A program made the position numbers and the translations under genes. 64,000 bases of DNA from assembly GCF_009914755.1 (NCBI RefSeq), contig NC_060939.1; one strand, 5' to 3'. This stretch comes from the human T2T-CHM13v2.0 reference genome, Homo sapiens. The notes under the pieces were generated by a model, which saw only the letters and a list, made by a program, of their open reading frames with translations, was not told the DNA's origin and did no database searches. This document shows, piece by piece, positions 13,827 to 38,663 of this stretch. Position 1 is the first letter of the stretch, and each line of letters starts with the position of its first letter.

Positions 13827-14053
13827 CTGCCTGCATCTCGGGAAAAGATCACGTCGACACCCTCCACAGCTACGCGCTTGCAGACTGCCTTCATGCAGAC
13901 CCCTGACTCCAGCACGTCTGGGCTGCCAGGTAGGCACACGCCGCCCTCGGGCCAGAAGCTGCGGATGTCGGCGTCCCGGTAGCCTTGGTTCTTGCCAGAC
14001 TGTTCCAGAATGATCGCCTTGGCGGCGGTGTCCATGCCCACATGCACGACGAG
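13827..14053 (-). CDS. PGPEP1L: PGPEP1L coding exon (LVVHVGMD...IILE...SRDAG-R), contains the catalytic Glu
   Basis: 227 nt, cacAG|CTC...GCAG|GTATGC; lies within ORF 13799..14158; peptidase C15 motifs LVVHVG and DAGRY. Confidence 0.96.
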
Positions 14054-14424
14054 CTGTGTGAACGGGTAACAGCAGAGAGAACCCAGGAAAACGAGGCCCA
14101 CCCTGCTCACCAAATGTGCAGAAGGGGCCACTCCTTTTGAGAGCCCGGCTCTGTGCAAAACATCTCAAACCCCAAATCCACTGGGAAACCCCAGGATCCC
14201 CCACCAGTGTCTCCTAATTAATATGGCTGGAAAGAAAAACAGCTGGATTCTTTTAGCTGAATAAAAACTCATGCTGCATTTACATTTAAATGCTTTTTAC
14301 TTCAAATTATTCTTACAGGGTAATGTATTCTCTTTTTGTGGGGGGAGGGTTGGAGGGAGGAGAGGCAAGCTAGTAAGTGGTGAGGCTACCACAGCAGAGT
14401 CTTTGTGTTTTGGTGGAATCCTGA

Positions 14425-14744
<320 letters not shown>

Positions 14745-15435
14745 TCCTGCATCTTTTTTTAAATGAAACTTTAATAAAGGAAGTTAGTGGCCATCCAGTG
14801 AAATCTTCTTAGAATTTATTCAAGCTGATTATTTTTCCTTTTTGAAAAATAGCTGCCCAAGTATGTTATCAAAACATCTGGGGCATTGTCTGAATGGCTT
14901 GATAGTGTATGTTTTATTAACCTCATCATCTGGTCCTTGTTTGGGGTTTTTTTTGGGGGGGTGGGGTTGTATCTGTTTTTTATACAGTAATTATGTCCAG
15001 ATAAAATGGGCTCGTGCTATGAAGATGGGCCTCCCCTAGGCTGGCCACCCTCCCAGTCGCTCCCTGGGCACAGAGGTCCTTGCCTCACGTCCACCTTCAA
15101 ACCTACCTGCCCCTCATGGGTATGTGTGGGGCCCAACCCAAGGGCCTCTCCCTTAGGTGGAAACTATTTTTGAGTCCTGGCTGGGAATAATACTTCCATT
15201 TCTTTTCCTCCTCCTTTCTCTCCAGATTTTCTATTAAGATCTAATCCATATTTTGGCTTAAACTTTTACAAACAGACCCAGAACCTTACACAATCAGCTG
15301 GGACCTTGCATGACTGGTGGGGCCTGGGGACGGGGTGCCCCTCAACCATCAACCCTAGAACCAGGACCCGGGGGTTCAGAGGCTCCAGCTCCACATCGCC
15401 AGTCCCATGCCCCACTGCCTCTGGCCATCACTTAC

Positions 15436-15558
15436 TTGCGGCTGATGATCTTCCCAGATTCCGGTGACCCTCCGCTTAGCCTCCCTGTAATCTACAGGCA
15501 GCTCCAGAGTCCGCAGCTGCACCACTGTTTCATTCCCCAGGCCCAGCTTGGAGAGCTC
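15436..15558 (-). CDS. PGPEP1L: PGPEP1L coding exon (ELSKLGLG...WEDHQPQ)
   Basis: 123 nt, phase 0/0, tcAG|GAG...CAA|GTAAGT; 41 aa homologous to PGPEP1 ELEKLGLG...WEKHSPQ. Confidence 0.95.
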
Positions 15559-15728
15559 CTGAGGAAAGCGGCAGGTGGACTTGCCTCAGTTGATGGGGGG
15601 GGGGGGCACCAAGAGTCCCTGAAAACCCAATCCTTGGGGTCTACTTCCAGGGGTCTTCCGCAGCCTGGACTTTGCCCTCAAGGAGCTCACAAAGTGGCAA
15701 GGGGCCAAGAAGAGAGCCACAGTTCCTA

Positions 15729-16019
<291 letters not shown>

Positions 16020-16353
16020 TCAATGCCAGACCTGTCTTACAAATCTAAAGGGTTCAACTTGAAAGAAACAGATACTAACATGTAACAAGAAAACTTCTGA
16101 AGGTATTAAACTCACTGGCACAAGTAAGAAAACACATTCAGAATACTCTAATATGGTAATGGTGTTAAGTGAATCATGTACGTCTTAAGTGTGAGACTAA
16201 AAGACAAAACTATAAAAAATAATTACTACAGTTGGTTGAGAGATAGGCAACATAAAAAGATAAAACTGAAACACTAAAAAGTCAAAAATGTGGGTGAAGG
16301 TTGGTGTTAAATTGTAGTTTGTTTTTGATACTTTTCTTTGCAATCCATGTTCA

Positions 16354-16787
<434 letters not shown>

Positions 16788-16977
16788 AGCATGGAATAAA
16801 AACATTCTACTAGAGAAAATCACTTAACCACAAATAAAGATAGTAAGAGAGGAAAAAAGGAAGAAGGGATCTACAAAGCAACCAGAAAATAAGTATCACA
16901 ATGGCAGTAGTAAACACCTGCCTATCAATCATAACCTTGAGTGGAATGGATTAAATTATCCAATTAAAAGGTGCAGT

Positions 16978-17290
16978 GGGCCGGGCACAGTGGCTCACGC
17001 CTGTAATCGCAGCACTTTGGGACACCATGGTGGGTGGATCACGAGGTCAGGAGATCAAGACCATCCTGGCTAACACAGTGAAACCCCCCCATCTCTACTA
17101 AAAATACAAAAAATTAGCAGGGCATGGTGGCAGGCACCTGTAGTCCCAGCTACTCGGGAGGCTGAGGCAGGAGAATGGTGTGAACCCAGGAGGCGGAGCT
17201 TGCAGTGAGCAGAGACCGTGCACCACTGCACTCCAGCCTGGGTGACAGAGTGAGACTCCGTCTCAAAAAAAAAAAAAAAAAAAAAAAAAA
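16978..17290 (+). mobile_element. AluY-like
   Basis: ggagatcaagaccatcctggctaacac and gagcttgcag diagnostics; TSD gtgcagtg. Confidence 0.93.
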
Positions 17291-18487
17291 AGTGCAGTGT
17301 AGCTGAATGGATTTTGAAAAAATAAAGATCCAACTATACGTTGTCTACAAGAGACTCACTTTACCTAAAAAGATATGCACAGACTAAAAGTGAAGGGTTG
17401 ACAAGATATTCCATGCAAACAGAAACCAAAAAACAGCAGGAGTAGCTATACTTATATCAGATAAAATGGACTTTAAGTCAAGAATGGTGAAAAAAAGGAC
17501 ACAGAAGAACATCATATAATGACAAAGGGATCAATAAAGCAAGAGGATATAGCTATTATAAATGTATATGCACCTGACACCAGAGCACCTGAATATATAA
17601 AACAAATATTAATAGACCTAAAGGGAGAGATTAACTGCAACCAATAATAGCAGGAAACTTTGATACTCCACTTTCAGCAATGGACAAATCATCCAGACAG
17701 AAAATCAACAAAGAAACATTACAGTTAAACTGCACTCTAGACCCAATGGAAGGAACAGACGTTTACAGAACACTCCATCCAACAGCTGCAGAATACACGT
17801 TTTTCTCAACAGCACATGGATCATTCTCCAGAATAGTTCAAATGTTAGGTCACAAAACAAGTAACAAATTTTGAAAAATTAAAATTATATCAAGTATCTT
17901 TTCTGACCACAATGGACTAAAACTAGAAATCAATAACAGAAGGAATGTTGGAAACTGCACAAACTCATGAAATTAAACAGCATGCTCCTGGACAATGAAT
18001 GAGCCAGTGAAGAAATTAAAAAGAAAATTTAAAAATTTAAGACAAATGGCAATGGAAACACAATATATCAAAACCTATGGGATACAGCAAAAACTGTTCT
18101 AAGAGGGAAGATTATAGCAATAAATGCTTTCATCAAAAAGATAGAAAGACTTCAAATAAACAGCCTAATGATGCACCTAAAGGAACTGGCACTAACCAAC
18201 CAAACCACACATTAGTAGAAGGAAAGAAATAATAAAGATCAGAGCAGAAATAAATAAAAATTCAAACTAAAAAAGCAATACAAAAGATTGCTGATATGAA
18301 TAGGTGGTTTTGGGAACAAACAGAATCAACAAGCCTTTAGCTAGACTAAGAAAAAAGAGAAGACCCAAATACATAAAATTTGATATGAAAAAGGAGACAT
18401 TAAAATCGATACCCCAGAAATACAAAGGATCATCAGACACATAATGAACAACTATAAACCAACAAATTGGAAAATATAGAAGAAATA

Positions 18488-18815
<328 letters not shown>

Positions 18816-18984
18816 CTACCAAGATTTAACCACGAAGAAATAAAAAACCTAAACAGATCAATAATGAGTAACAGATAGAATCAGTAATAAAAAGTCTCCT
18901 GACAAAGAAAAGCCCAGAACCTGATGGCTTCACTGCTGAATTCTACCAAACACTTAATGAGCTGATACCAATTCTACTCAACTA

Positions 18985-19313
<329 letters not shown>

Positions 19314-19953
19314 CTAAAAAGAGATATACCATATTATCCAGAAATCTGACTGCTGGGTATATATCAAAATAAAGGAAATCAGTATATCAGAAAGATATCT
19401 GCCTTCCCATGTCTTTTGCAGCATTATTCATAATAGCCAGGATATGAAATCAACCTAAGTGCCCATGAATGAATGAATGAATGGATACAGAAAATATGGT
19501 AATCATACACAATGGAATATTGTTCAGCCAGAAAAAGAATGGAATCCTGTCATTTGTAGCAACATGGATAGAACTGGAGGTCATTATGTTAAGTGAAATA
19601 AGCCAGGCACAGACACACAAACATTACATATTTTCACTCATATATGAAAGCTAAAAAAGTTGATGTCATGGAGGTAGAGAGTAGAATGATGATTACCAGA
19701 AGGTGGGAAGGGATGAACGGGAGGGAAGTATGAAAAGAGGTTGGTTATTGGATACAAAAATGCAGTTAGAAGGAATAAGTTCCAGTGTTCAATAGCATAG
19801 TAGGGTGACAATAGTTAACATTAATTTATTGTACATTTCAAAATAGCTCGAAGAGATTTAGAACGTCCTCAGCACAAAGAAATAAGTGTTTGAGATGATG
19901 GATATCCTAATTACCCTGATTTAATCATCAAATGTTGTGTATGTATGTGTCTA

Positions 19954-20283
<330 letters not shown>

Positions 20284-20334
20284 AGTAAATATGTACAACT
20301 ATTATGTATTAAGAAAAAAATTGAAAAGAAAAGA

Positions 20335-20655
20335 TGTATGGTGAAATAAGCCAGATTAAAAAAAAGACAAATGTGTGATTTCACTTATATGAAGTATCTA
20401 GAATAGCCAAATTCTTAAGAGAAAGAACATACAGTGATTACCAGACGTTGGGGGAAGGAAGAAATGGAGGGTTATTGTTAATGAACACAGAGTGTTAGTG
20501 TGGGACAATGGAAAGTTCTAGACACGATAGTAATGATAGTTGTACAACAATGTGAATGTACTTAATGCCACTTACTTGTACACTTTAAAGGGTTAAAATG
20601 GTAAATTTAATGTTATACATCAATGTTATACATATTTTACCATAATTTTAAGAAA
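20335..20655 (+). mobile_element. L1MB-like 3' fragment
   Basis: gtgaaataagccag...atgtacttaatgccact...ttttaccataatt. Confidence 0.7.
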
Positions 20656-21504
20656 ATTATGGCTTTCACCATCACCAACATTTTTTAACCTGACTAAAAA
20701 GTTTGCTCTGAACGAAGACTAAATCCGTAGTAAATCATTTAGCTCAGGCTAACATCCCTCAGGGATAATAATTAAGTTGGGATTTTAACTAAGCATACTC
20801 TTTTCCATATCTGAAAGCCTTCTAGAGTTCTATGGAATCACAATCTAAAAGTCATTTTCTCATATCACAACAATAAAATCTGAAGCCTAACAGTATTTAA
20901 GCTGCTGGTTTGCTGAAAATGTCTCAGGACTTGAGGTGTCCTGAAGAGAAATCATTATGGATGGCAATTATTCCCATATAAATGCTGTATTGCAAAAACC
21001 CAGATCAAAACATAGATGTTTTCCTAGGAACAGAAGGGGCAAGGAGGGGCAGTGGCCACTCCAGAATTTTCTGGTGGCTGAGGCCTGAGCACGGTGAGCT
21101 GGCTGGAGGAGGGCATGGTCTTGGTAAGGGAAGCTCATGAGTAGATTATGTTTACTTGCTGCATCTCAGAGACATGAGTAAAGACATGAAAATTTTAGTG
21201 GAGATAATACATTTTTACAGATTATTATTTTATTTCACTGAATTATCACAGCAACCTTTCAAGTTAACAAGAGGAGAAACAAGGAGGGCCTGGTCAACTT
21301 GGGCCTCATGCTCCTCACCTGTATAATGGGTACAACAATACTGTATCCACCATAATGATTATTAGGACCCTAGAGAGGTCAAGTAAAATGGCAAAAAAAA
21401 AAAAAAAACAAGTCTGTAGTGACTTTGATAAGAGTAGTTTGAGTATGGAACCAGGCCTGGAGGCCAGGCCATGGTAAATATATTTAAAAGTTAATAGAAA
21501 TGGT

Positions 21505-22290
21505 CTTTTATTTTTTTTCTTGATCAATCTAAATGAAGGTTTATCAATTTTATTAATTTTCTCAAAATATTAACTTTTGGGTTTTGGTTTGATTTCTATT
21601 GTTATATTTCTGCTACTTCATTGATTTCTGCTTTCATCTTTACTATTACCTTTCTTCTGCTTAGTTTAATTTGTTCTGTTAGTTTCTTAAGATAGAAATC
21701 AAAGTCACTGATTTGAGAACTTTCTTCTGCTATAATATTGTTTAGTGCCATAAATTTCCCTCTGATATGTTTTAATTTTCATTCATTTCAAAATGCTTGC
21801 TAATTTCCTTTTTATGTCTCCTTTCATCTCTGGCTTATTTAGAAGTATCTTGTTTGGTTTCCAAAATTTAGGAAATTTCCAGATGTCTGTTATTGATTTC
21901 TAATTAAAATCCACTGTGGCCAGAGAACACACTTTATGTGACCTGAATCCTTTTGAATTTATTCAGACTGGTTTTATGGCCCAGGGTATAGTCTCTGTCT
22001 TGGCAAACACTGCATATGCACATATGAGAGTGTGTTCCATGCTGGGTGGAGTGTTCTACAAATGTCAATGAGGTCTGGTAGGTTGGTAGTGTTGTTAAAG
22101 TCTGCTGTATCCTTTTTGGTCTATGTGTTCTGTCCGTTATTGAGAGGGGTACTGAAATCGTTGACTATTAACTGTGAATTTATCTATTCTCCTTAAAGTT
22201 CTATTAGTTTTTGCTGCACGTATTTTACAAGCACTGTTATTAGGAGCATGAATGTTTACATCTATTATGTCTTATTTATTGACCATGGTT
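21505..22290 (-). mobile_element. Antisense L1M ORF2 fragment
   Basis: T-rich sequence with reverse-complement L1 motifs (ggtttatcaattttatt, ccactgtggccagagaa). Confidence 0.75.
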
Positions 22291-23030
22291 CATTGAATGC
22301 TTAATACCTAATTGCTACACGACATTCTGACTCCACATTGTGAGCTCTAGAACACAGCTCTCAAGGGAGGTAAAGGTCAGGAATAGTCTTACAAGTGGGC
22401 AAAAAATAGGGTGAGCCCAGCAGGCTGTTGGCTGAGGGCTGCTGCCCAAAAGGCATCTTGTGGCTCCCCAACCATTTCCCCATCTCTTGGGGACCCAGTG
22501 CCTGAAATTTCACCTCCAGAGATCTTTTCGGTTCATTAGTCCCTGTCTAGATAATTTTGCAAATGCCTGCAAGAGAGGAAACACAGCAGCACACATGCTT
22601 CCCTGATGAAAGAGAAGGCGCTGTGTGTGAGCACTAGGGCCCAGAGTGGAACCCGAAACTGGGAGAGTCGGGGAACCCCTGAGAGGTGCAACTTCCCAAG
22701 GCTGGTCTGGGGTATGGAGTAATCATCTGTGATTACAGATGTCAGTGTAGAGTCCAGGGACCTAATTAATGGCATCTCAAACTGGCTCACAGCCTGCAGG
22801 CCCAGGCAGGCCTACTGGCTTTTGGAATCCCAGATTTGGCATCTGTAATGTAATGCTGACATTTTTCAAGATTTGTACCATGGAAGTGGATGTGAGGATG
22901 GAGATGAGAAAAGGTTTGCCCAGTAGACTTCCCTTTTTTGTTTCTTCCCCAAAAAAAACTGTGTAGAATGGAAAAGAACTAAGACTTATCTTCTGAATCC
23001 TGGACCAAATTAGACATTCTGCTGCCCTAA

Positions 23031-23407
<377 letters not shown>

Positions 23408-23849
23408 GCAGGATATATATATATATATTTTTATTACATTTATGGCAGCACAAATATAGCACTAATGCCCTCAAGATTCTGGTCTGGATTCTGTGAAACA
23501 AGATAAACAGGTCAGAATGTTTCCCATGCTGACAGAGTGCGTAACCCAGGAAGGATGTGATGGATTTCATCAAATCTAAGTCCCAGAGATGGAACATCGA
23601 GCATTACTGTACGAACCAGCAAGACAGTAAAAGTACTGCTCAACTATGACAAAGCATAAGATGCAGCTGCCTGTGAGATTCATCTGATTTCAGGATGCCA
23701 AAATTAAAACAAAAAAAAAACAAAAAACACCTGGCTCTTTGCATCAATAAAATATGGTAGGCGATGAGTACAAGAACAGGAGGACATGCACATAGCAACA
23801 CAGCACAGACTTCTATATATAAGTAGTGTGGTTATTTAATAAGTGCCCA

Positions 23850-24565
23850 ACAATTTGCAATTGCAGAAATGTGAAACCAGCCCAAATTCCCATCAATCAA
23901 TGAGTGGATAAAGAAACTGCGGTATATAGATAGGATGGAATACTACTCAGCCATAAAAAGAAATGTATTAATGGCATTTATAGCAACCTGGATGGGATTG
24001 GAGACTATTTTTTTTTTTTTTTTTTTTTTGGAGACAGAGTCTCACTCTGTCACCCAGGCTGGCGTGCCGTGGCACAATCTTGGCTCACCGCAACTCTGCC
24101 TCCCGGGTTCAAGCGATTCTTCTGCCTCAGCCACCACAGTAGCTGGGACTACAGGCGAGTGCCACCACACCCGGCTAATTTTTGTATTTTTAGTAGAGAT
24201 GGGGTTTTACCATATTGACCAGGCTGGTCTCGAACTCCTGACCTTGTGATCTGCCTGCCTCGGAGACTATTATTCTAAGTGAAGTAACTCAGGAATGGAA
24301 AACCAAACACCATATGTCCTCACTCATAAGTGGGAGCTAAGCTATGAGGATGCAAAGGCATAAGAATGATACAATGGACACTGGGGACTCGATGGGAAAG
24401 GGTGGGAAGCAGGTGAGGGATGAAAGACTACAAATTGGGTTCATGTATACTGCTTGGGTGATGCTGCACCAAAATCTCACAAATCACCACTAAAGAACTT
24501 ACTCATGTGACCAAATACCACCTGTTCCCCAAAAACTTATGAAAATAAAGAGTAAATAAATGAAA
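23850..24565 (+). mobile_element. L1PB-like 3' fragment interrupted by an Alu
   Basis: catcaatcaatgagtggataaagaaa...ctcactcataagtgggagctaagctatgaggatgcaaagg. Confidence 0.8.
24010..24262 (-). mobile_element. 5'-truncated Alu inside L1PB
   Basis: TSD ggagactatt. Confidence 0.92.
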
Positions 24566-24979
24566 AGTGTCCAACTTAGTCTAACTTTTAATACAGCTAA
24601 ACACACAGCCATAAAAACAAAGTGTGGACTCGTGCCATTTCCCTTGGAGCAGAGAAACCTGAACGATCAGGGAGGCATTGTCCTAGGATAGTAAAGGGAG
24701 GAGGGGGGAGGAAAAGGTTTCAGGAGGAGACAGACTTTCAAAAGGAAACAAGCCATAGGCCAAAATATGAGAAATAAATATTCATGAGTCCATCCTGATC
24801 TAATGAAATGACTACATAAGTAAACAAATAAGTAAGTGGGTCCAGGAGGAGGACTCAGCTCTCTCATGCACTTGCACTCCCAGTAACCGATGTAACTCCT
24901 CTGCCCTGAAGCAGAGAGGAACTCCCCCACTCGAGTGTGGGCTGCGCAGAGTTACTTCCTTCCAAAGAGGACAGGATAG

Positions 24980-25312
<333 letters not shown>

Positions 25313-25568
25313 TAACTGTATGGTAGAGAGGCCTGACAAACACTCCCTCCACCAAGTAAGATCAAGGTCATCATGGACAGTGCTGTCACACTGATACTGT
25401 GTGCCCTTGATCTGACAGGATGAAAGTGACACTTTACCTCTGTCTTCCTCCCCCTAACCTCAGTCTGATCATGAGAAAAGCAGCAGAAAAGTCCCAATTG
25501 AGGAACAAACTATCAATTCCTGGCCAGACTCTTCAAAACCATCAACGTCATCAAAAACTAGGAAAGTC

Positions 25569-25998
<430 letters not shown>

Positions 25999-27060
25999 TT
26001 AGGGGAAACTGAGGGAACCCAAATAGACTATGGACTTTATGTAAAGGTAATATATTCCTACTGGTTCCGTCATTGTGACAAATACACCATACTAACGTAC
26101 AAGGTTAATAATGGGAAGAATTGAGGAATATATATTCTGTGCTATCTTCACAACTTTTCTGTACATATAAACGTATTTTTAAATAAAAAGTTTCTCTAAA
26201 AAAATAAACAGGGAACAAGCTGGAGAGGCTGCTCTGTTTAGCACCCTGGAAAAGGGTAAGGACTCTAGACTTGCTGGGGGCCATGTAGGAAGTAGGGGGA
26301 CCCACAGTAACATCCGGGAAAAATGTGGGGGTCATTCTGAAAGATCATCTTGGTCTGGTTTTTCTGGCTTGTCTTCCTGTCAACGTGGGAATGGATTTGG
26401 GGTTTAGCTAGAACTAAACATATGACTCACTTGTCTGTGAATAGCAAACTTTTCTCCAAATAAGCAGAAAAAATATGTTTCCTTGAGCGTTTACTAGGAG
26501 CACGGTGTTTGTGGGGAGGACTGTGAAGCCACAGCAGACACCCTCCATGCATGTGGACCGTGGGGTCTCCTCCACCAAGGTGTGGATTCCATCTGCACTC
26601 GCCTCGATCCTTGGGAGCTCCCTGGAGTGCGGCCCCTTGTGCAGGCGACTGGGACTATGAGAGCACAGGCTCTTTGCCATGGACTCACACAGTCCCCATA
26701 TTCTTGTGGATTCTTGTGGATTCTTGTGTCATTTCGAAGTGAGAATGCAAGGACAGTCCTATTTCATGCTGTTCCAAGGCCAGAGTGAACTGTGTATCAC
26801 CACTTGGTTACTTCTCTTCCCACTAACAAGGTGGGGCTCACACTACAGTCACCAGACTGAAAAAAGGAGGTGTAAGACGTCATGGGAAAGTGCATTTGGG
26901 TTATCCAACCGTGGAGGCCAATGTTCAGATAACCCACTGAAGCGGGTGCCCAGGACATGGTTGACGCTGAGCTGGGGGCTATCATAGGTGAGGTCTGTGT
27001 AAACTAGAGAGATGTCTGAGGTCTCCCTTCCTCCTCACTCTGGTTATTTTTATCTGAGGC

Positions 27061-27364
27061 TTTTTTTTTTTTTTTTTTTTTTGAGACAGAGTCTTGCTCT
27101 GTTGCCCAGGCTGGAGTGCGGTGGCATGATCTTGGCTCACTGCAACCTCCGCCTCCCGGGTTTGAGTAATTCTCATCCCTTAGCCTCCTGAGTAGCTGGG
27201 ATTATAGGCACCAGCCACCACGCCCAGCTGATTTTTGTGTTTTTAGTAGACGCAGGGTCTCACCCTGTTGGCCAGGCTGGTCTCAAACTCCTGGCCTCAA
27301 GTGATCCACCTGCCTCAGCCTCCCAAAGTGCTGGGATTATAGGCGTGAGCCACCGCACCCAGCC
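27061..27364 (-). mobile_element. AluS
   Basis: TSD ctgaggctttt. Confidence 0.95.
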
Positions 27365-28359
27365 TGAGGCTTTCTCATTTTAGTCAAGAAAACAAAACAA
27401 ACCCACTCTGGACTAATTGGAAAAATGTCTGTCATATATGTGTTTGTATTCACCTAGGTTGGAAAAAGGTTTTGTCCTGGGATTTGGTGGGAAGAATAAA
27501 GGTTCTCTTGGGAAAAAAAAAAAAGAAGAAGAATCAAGAGAAACAATTTTCTTTCACTTGGAAAGGTTTGCAGTTACTTTCCTATCCCTGAACAGGACTC
27601 AGCTTTCATCCTAAAGCACCGTTCAGCTTAGAAATTCTTTGACTGTTCTGATTCACGGCTCTTTATTCATTATTATTATTATTATTTAAAGCAACATGTA
27701 AGAAAGGCACCAGGCCACCTCATCTTTGGGGCAAAGAGAAATTATTCTGCATGTCAAGTTTATCAAATATGAGAAGAGCCCTGACCTCTTGGCTGCCTAG
27801 GCTGTATTTTAAGTGCAGTTACGTAATGTCTTGGCCCAACTGACCCTGGGTGTGTTTTCAAAAACCCTTGTTTTATTTGCTGACTCACCAGGCTGAGGCA
27901 CTTAAGAGCTAAGCATGTAATTTCTTTTGAATGAATATGAGGTGGTAGTGGCTCCAAAATTAGAGTATCCAGAAACCAGGGAATAATGATGTAACTACTG
28001 CACAGGTCACTATGTAAAACTTGAGACTAAGAAGGGAAGAGTGCCCGTCCTAGTCTGGCTCAATGTTAAATATTTTGGCACATACTGCAAACAGCATTAA
28101 GTCGCTTTTCTGGGAGTTTGTAGGAACTGCCTCTTTTCCTTGTGAACTTTTAGCATGTATAATAATCTGTCTGTATTTTTCTTCTTTTCAAAATATCCTT
28201 TTCCCATTCATGAGCAACCACAATAAAAATGCATTTGAGTTATTTGTTAAAAGCTCACCTCTCTTAGAGGCAAAATGCTGCGGTGTAAAATTGAACATTT
28301 TTTTCCTTACTATCTATAATTCCATGAGTTCCCATTTATAATGCCTGGCAGTGGAGTAA

Positions 28360-28667
<308 letters not shown>

Positions 28668-29613
28668 TGGAGTAAGTACTCTTTAAACATTGCTTGGTAA
28701 TGCTCTTGATATTGATAAAATTGACTCTTGCTGGGAGAATGCAGGAGGATAGAAAAGAAAACTATTCATTCATGTATCTAGTGAACACATAGCCGGGCCC
28801 TTGGTGGAGATGGGGATATGTTACACAGGACCCTAGAGACAGTGAGACGCTTGTATTGACTCAAGATGCCATGTGCCCTTTTGTTCATTATTCAGCCCAT
28901 CTAAGTCTATTTCTATATCCGTGTAATGGGTCAAATGAACGTCCATGAACATTACCTTAATACAGCCACTTAGATGATTATACCTACTATGGACACTTTT
29001 GGCTGTATACTGGCACTTTCAGTGGGTACTACGAATGAGGTCCCAAACCAGAATCCCAGTGGATCCTACAGACATGTTAGTGGAGGACCTGGAGTGACCC
29101 AGGATAGCCCAGGAAGAGACAGTGGTCCTGCAGATTGATAGTGAAGAGAGCTTCTAAAGAGGTTGCAATGAACTCTGCCCAGACGAAAATACCACCAAGA
29201 AGGGGAAAATGAAAGCTAGAGACTGATCGCAAGGACGGTGGAGAAGACAAACTCGACTGGCAGAGGGTACCGGAACCCTGGACGTGGGCCTGCCAGCCTA
29301 GGAAACTGCTGCTTCCAGATGCCATTCCTGGTAGTGCTCCTTGCGGGTCCATCTGCTGTTACTGGGGCTTCTGTTCTGGTCACCACGCACACGGCCCTAT
29401 GGTGAGCAAGAAGATTGAGCAGCCTATAGTGCAGTCTATGTCTAAGGCACTGGACGCAGAGCTTGAGGAGGGGCAAATATGAACTCACGGCACAGGGACA
29501 GCCATGAAGAGATGGATATAGGGCTGAGGCATTAGGGTGACTATCCTCACTTCGCTCACCCTCAGGTCCTCAGGTTCTTCTATCTCTTGATTTCTACTAA
29601 GTTTTAAACCCAC

Positions 29614-29926
<313 letters not shown>

Positions 29927-30476
29927 CCCACTCTTGTGCTAGAAGTGATCCTCTTCCTCTGAACTAAATGTTTCCTGACCCCAGGAGAAGAGCGCAAGTG
30001 GGCTGAACCTGGCCTTCCCTCACCAGGACCAACTGAGGTTGGAATTCAGGCACCACCACTTTGTGGTATGTGCCCTCAGGCCAGATGTGCAACCTCTCTG
30101 AGCACCCCTTTCCTCATCTGCAAAATGGGAACAATTTCAATGCCTCTGGAAAGCAGGAAGAATTCAATGAACTACTCTGCATAAAAAGTCATTTTGAGAA
30201 TTTATTCCAGCTTTTCAGAAGAAGTTAGCCTTCATTGCTGCTTCCACCAGGCAGCCTTCCCAGCTACCCTCCCTCCAGGGTAGTTTCTTTTCAACTTTGC
30301 TTGAGCTTCCTCATTATGTTGCTTTCTTCCATATGTTTTTCAGGATGAAATTAATGTCTTTTCTTCCTCAGATGCCTACAGTGCAGCATGCAGCTCTTCT
30401 TAGAATCTGCTTTGTGTTGTAATTATTTTGTTTATGGACCATGTCCTCTCCCTAAACAGGAACCCCTATAGGGAAC

Positions 30477-31150
30477 TGTGGCATAAGAGAGAGTATACTT
30501 AGCCTGTGTCCCTAGTTCCAGGCACAGAGCTTCAAAAACCCTTAGAATTTTGTAAGTGATAGAAGTGTCTTTCATGGGAATGAGGTGACTCATGTGGGCC
30601 CCTAAATAGCTTCAGGATGGGATCTGGCCACCAGAAAAAAACAATCAAGTGATCAGAGAGTTAGGCTTTCTGGTACCAGATCTTCAAAAAGGGGAGGTGG
30701 ACTGAAGATTGAGTTTAATCATATGACCATTGATGTAATCAGTCATGTCTACATAAGGAATCTCCAATAAAAACTCTGGATACCAAAGCTAAGTAGAGCT
30801 TCTTGATGAGTGTCTGGATGTTTCAGGAGGGTAACGTGCCAACACCATAGTGAGAGGGCATGGATTTGGGATCCTCCCAGACCTCACCCTTCATAATGAA
30901 ACTGCAATGTAAGTATAGCACATTCTTGAGTTCTGTAAGTAGTTCTGATGAATCATTGAACCTGGGGTTGTAAGAACTCCTAAATTAATAGCCATTTGGC
31001 CAGAAGTACAGGTGGATCTGGTGACCCCTTGAAGTGTGGCTGGCATCGGAAGTGGGGACAACTTCATGGAGAACTTTGCTCTTAGCCTACGGGGTCTGTG
31101 CTAACTCCAGATAATTAGTGTCAAAATTTTATGCAGTACACCCAGTTGGG
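30477..31150 (+). mobile_element. LTR element, MER21-like
   Basis: Starts tgtggcataaga...ggcacagagcttcaaaaacccttagaattt, has an internal aataaaaactctgga and ends near cacccagttgg. Confidence 0.65.
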
Positions 31151-31244
31151 GTGGAAATGGAAGAGGAAGAGACTAACATAATAATAATCTTTGTGCTCCA
31201 CATCAGGAATGGATAAATATGTCAGACTTAGAAGAGCTAATTTA

Positions 31245-31522
31245 GGCTGGGCATGGTGGCTCACACCTGTAATCCCAGCACTTTGGGAGGCTGAGGCAGG
31301 TGGATCAAGAGGTCAGGAGATGGAGACCAGCCTGGCCAATATGATGAAACCTCGTTTCTACTAATAATAGAAAAATTAGCTGGGTGTGGTGGCATGCACC
31401 TATAGTCCCAGCTAATTGGGAGGCTGAGACAGGAGAATTGCTTAAACCCGGGAGGCGAGGTTGCAATGAGCCAAGATTGTGCCACTGCACTCCAGCCTGG
31501 GTGACAGAGTGAGACTCCATCT

Positions 31523-31553
<31 letters not shown>
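31245..31553 (+). mobile_element. AluS
   Basis: Long A tail; TSD agagc(t/c)aattta. Confidence 0.95.
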
Positions 31554-31557
<4 letters not shown>

Positions 31558-32055
31558 AGCCAATTTAATTTTTGATATTCATATGGACATTTGTTATTTC
31601 TTTGGCCTTCCTCTGTTTGGGGACACCCCTGATATTGGAGTGTTGGTGGTAGAGTCTGGCTCTCACTACACCTGCTGAAAAGGCCAGATAGTCTCTCCTG
31701 CAGCCAGGACAGGGTCACATGACTTTGGCTCAGCCAATATGATGCACTCACCCTCAACATTCCATCAGGAGCAAATGTTTCTGATAGACGCAACACCACC
31801 AAGCTTCCCAGGACAGAAGTAAAGCCTGAGGTGGGCAGGGGTGGTGGTGGGGTTGTGGTGGGTGCAGTATCCAGCGGCATGGGGACAACTACAGTGCCTA
31901 GTGTTCAGCAGGGATGGCAGTGGTGCCTTTACCCACCTTGTTCTATGGGGTGATTTTTGGTCTCTATGACTGAAGCTTTGTTTGTTTACTTATCTGTTTT
32001 GTAATTTTATTGAAACCACATACTCTACTTCTACTCTTTAATAGTTACTCTTGAA

Positions 32056-38240
<6,185 letters not shown>

Positions 38241-38344
38241 AGTTACTCTTGAAATTTTGCCATACATATATAATTTAACAAAGTCTAAAGCTGGTATCTG
38301 GATGCCTGTCCTGTAGAATACAAGGACCTTAAAAAACAAATTTT

Positions 38345-38663
<319 letters not shown>

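Noticed and set aside
29216-29488. ORF containing AVCVVT, resembling the PGPEP1 N-terminus
   Set aside because: It is in the wrong order (downstream of the GFGPF exon) and lacks a fitting donor; the real match is at 49778-49811.
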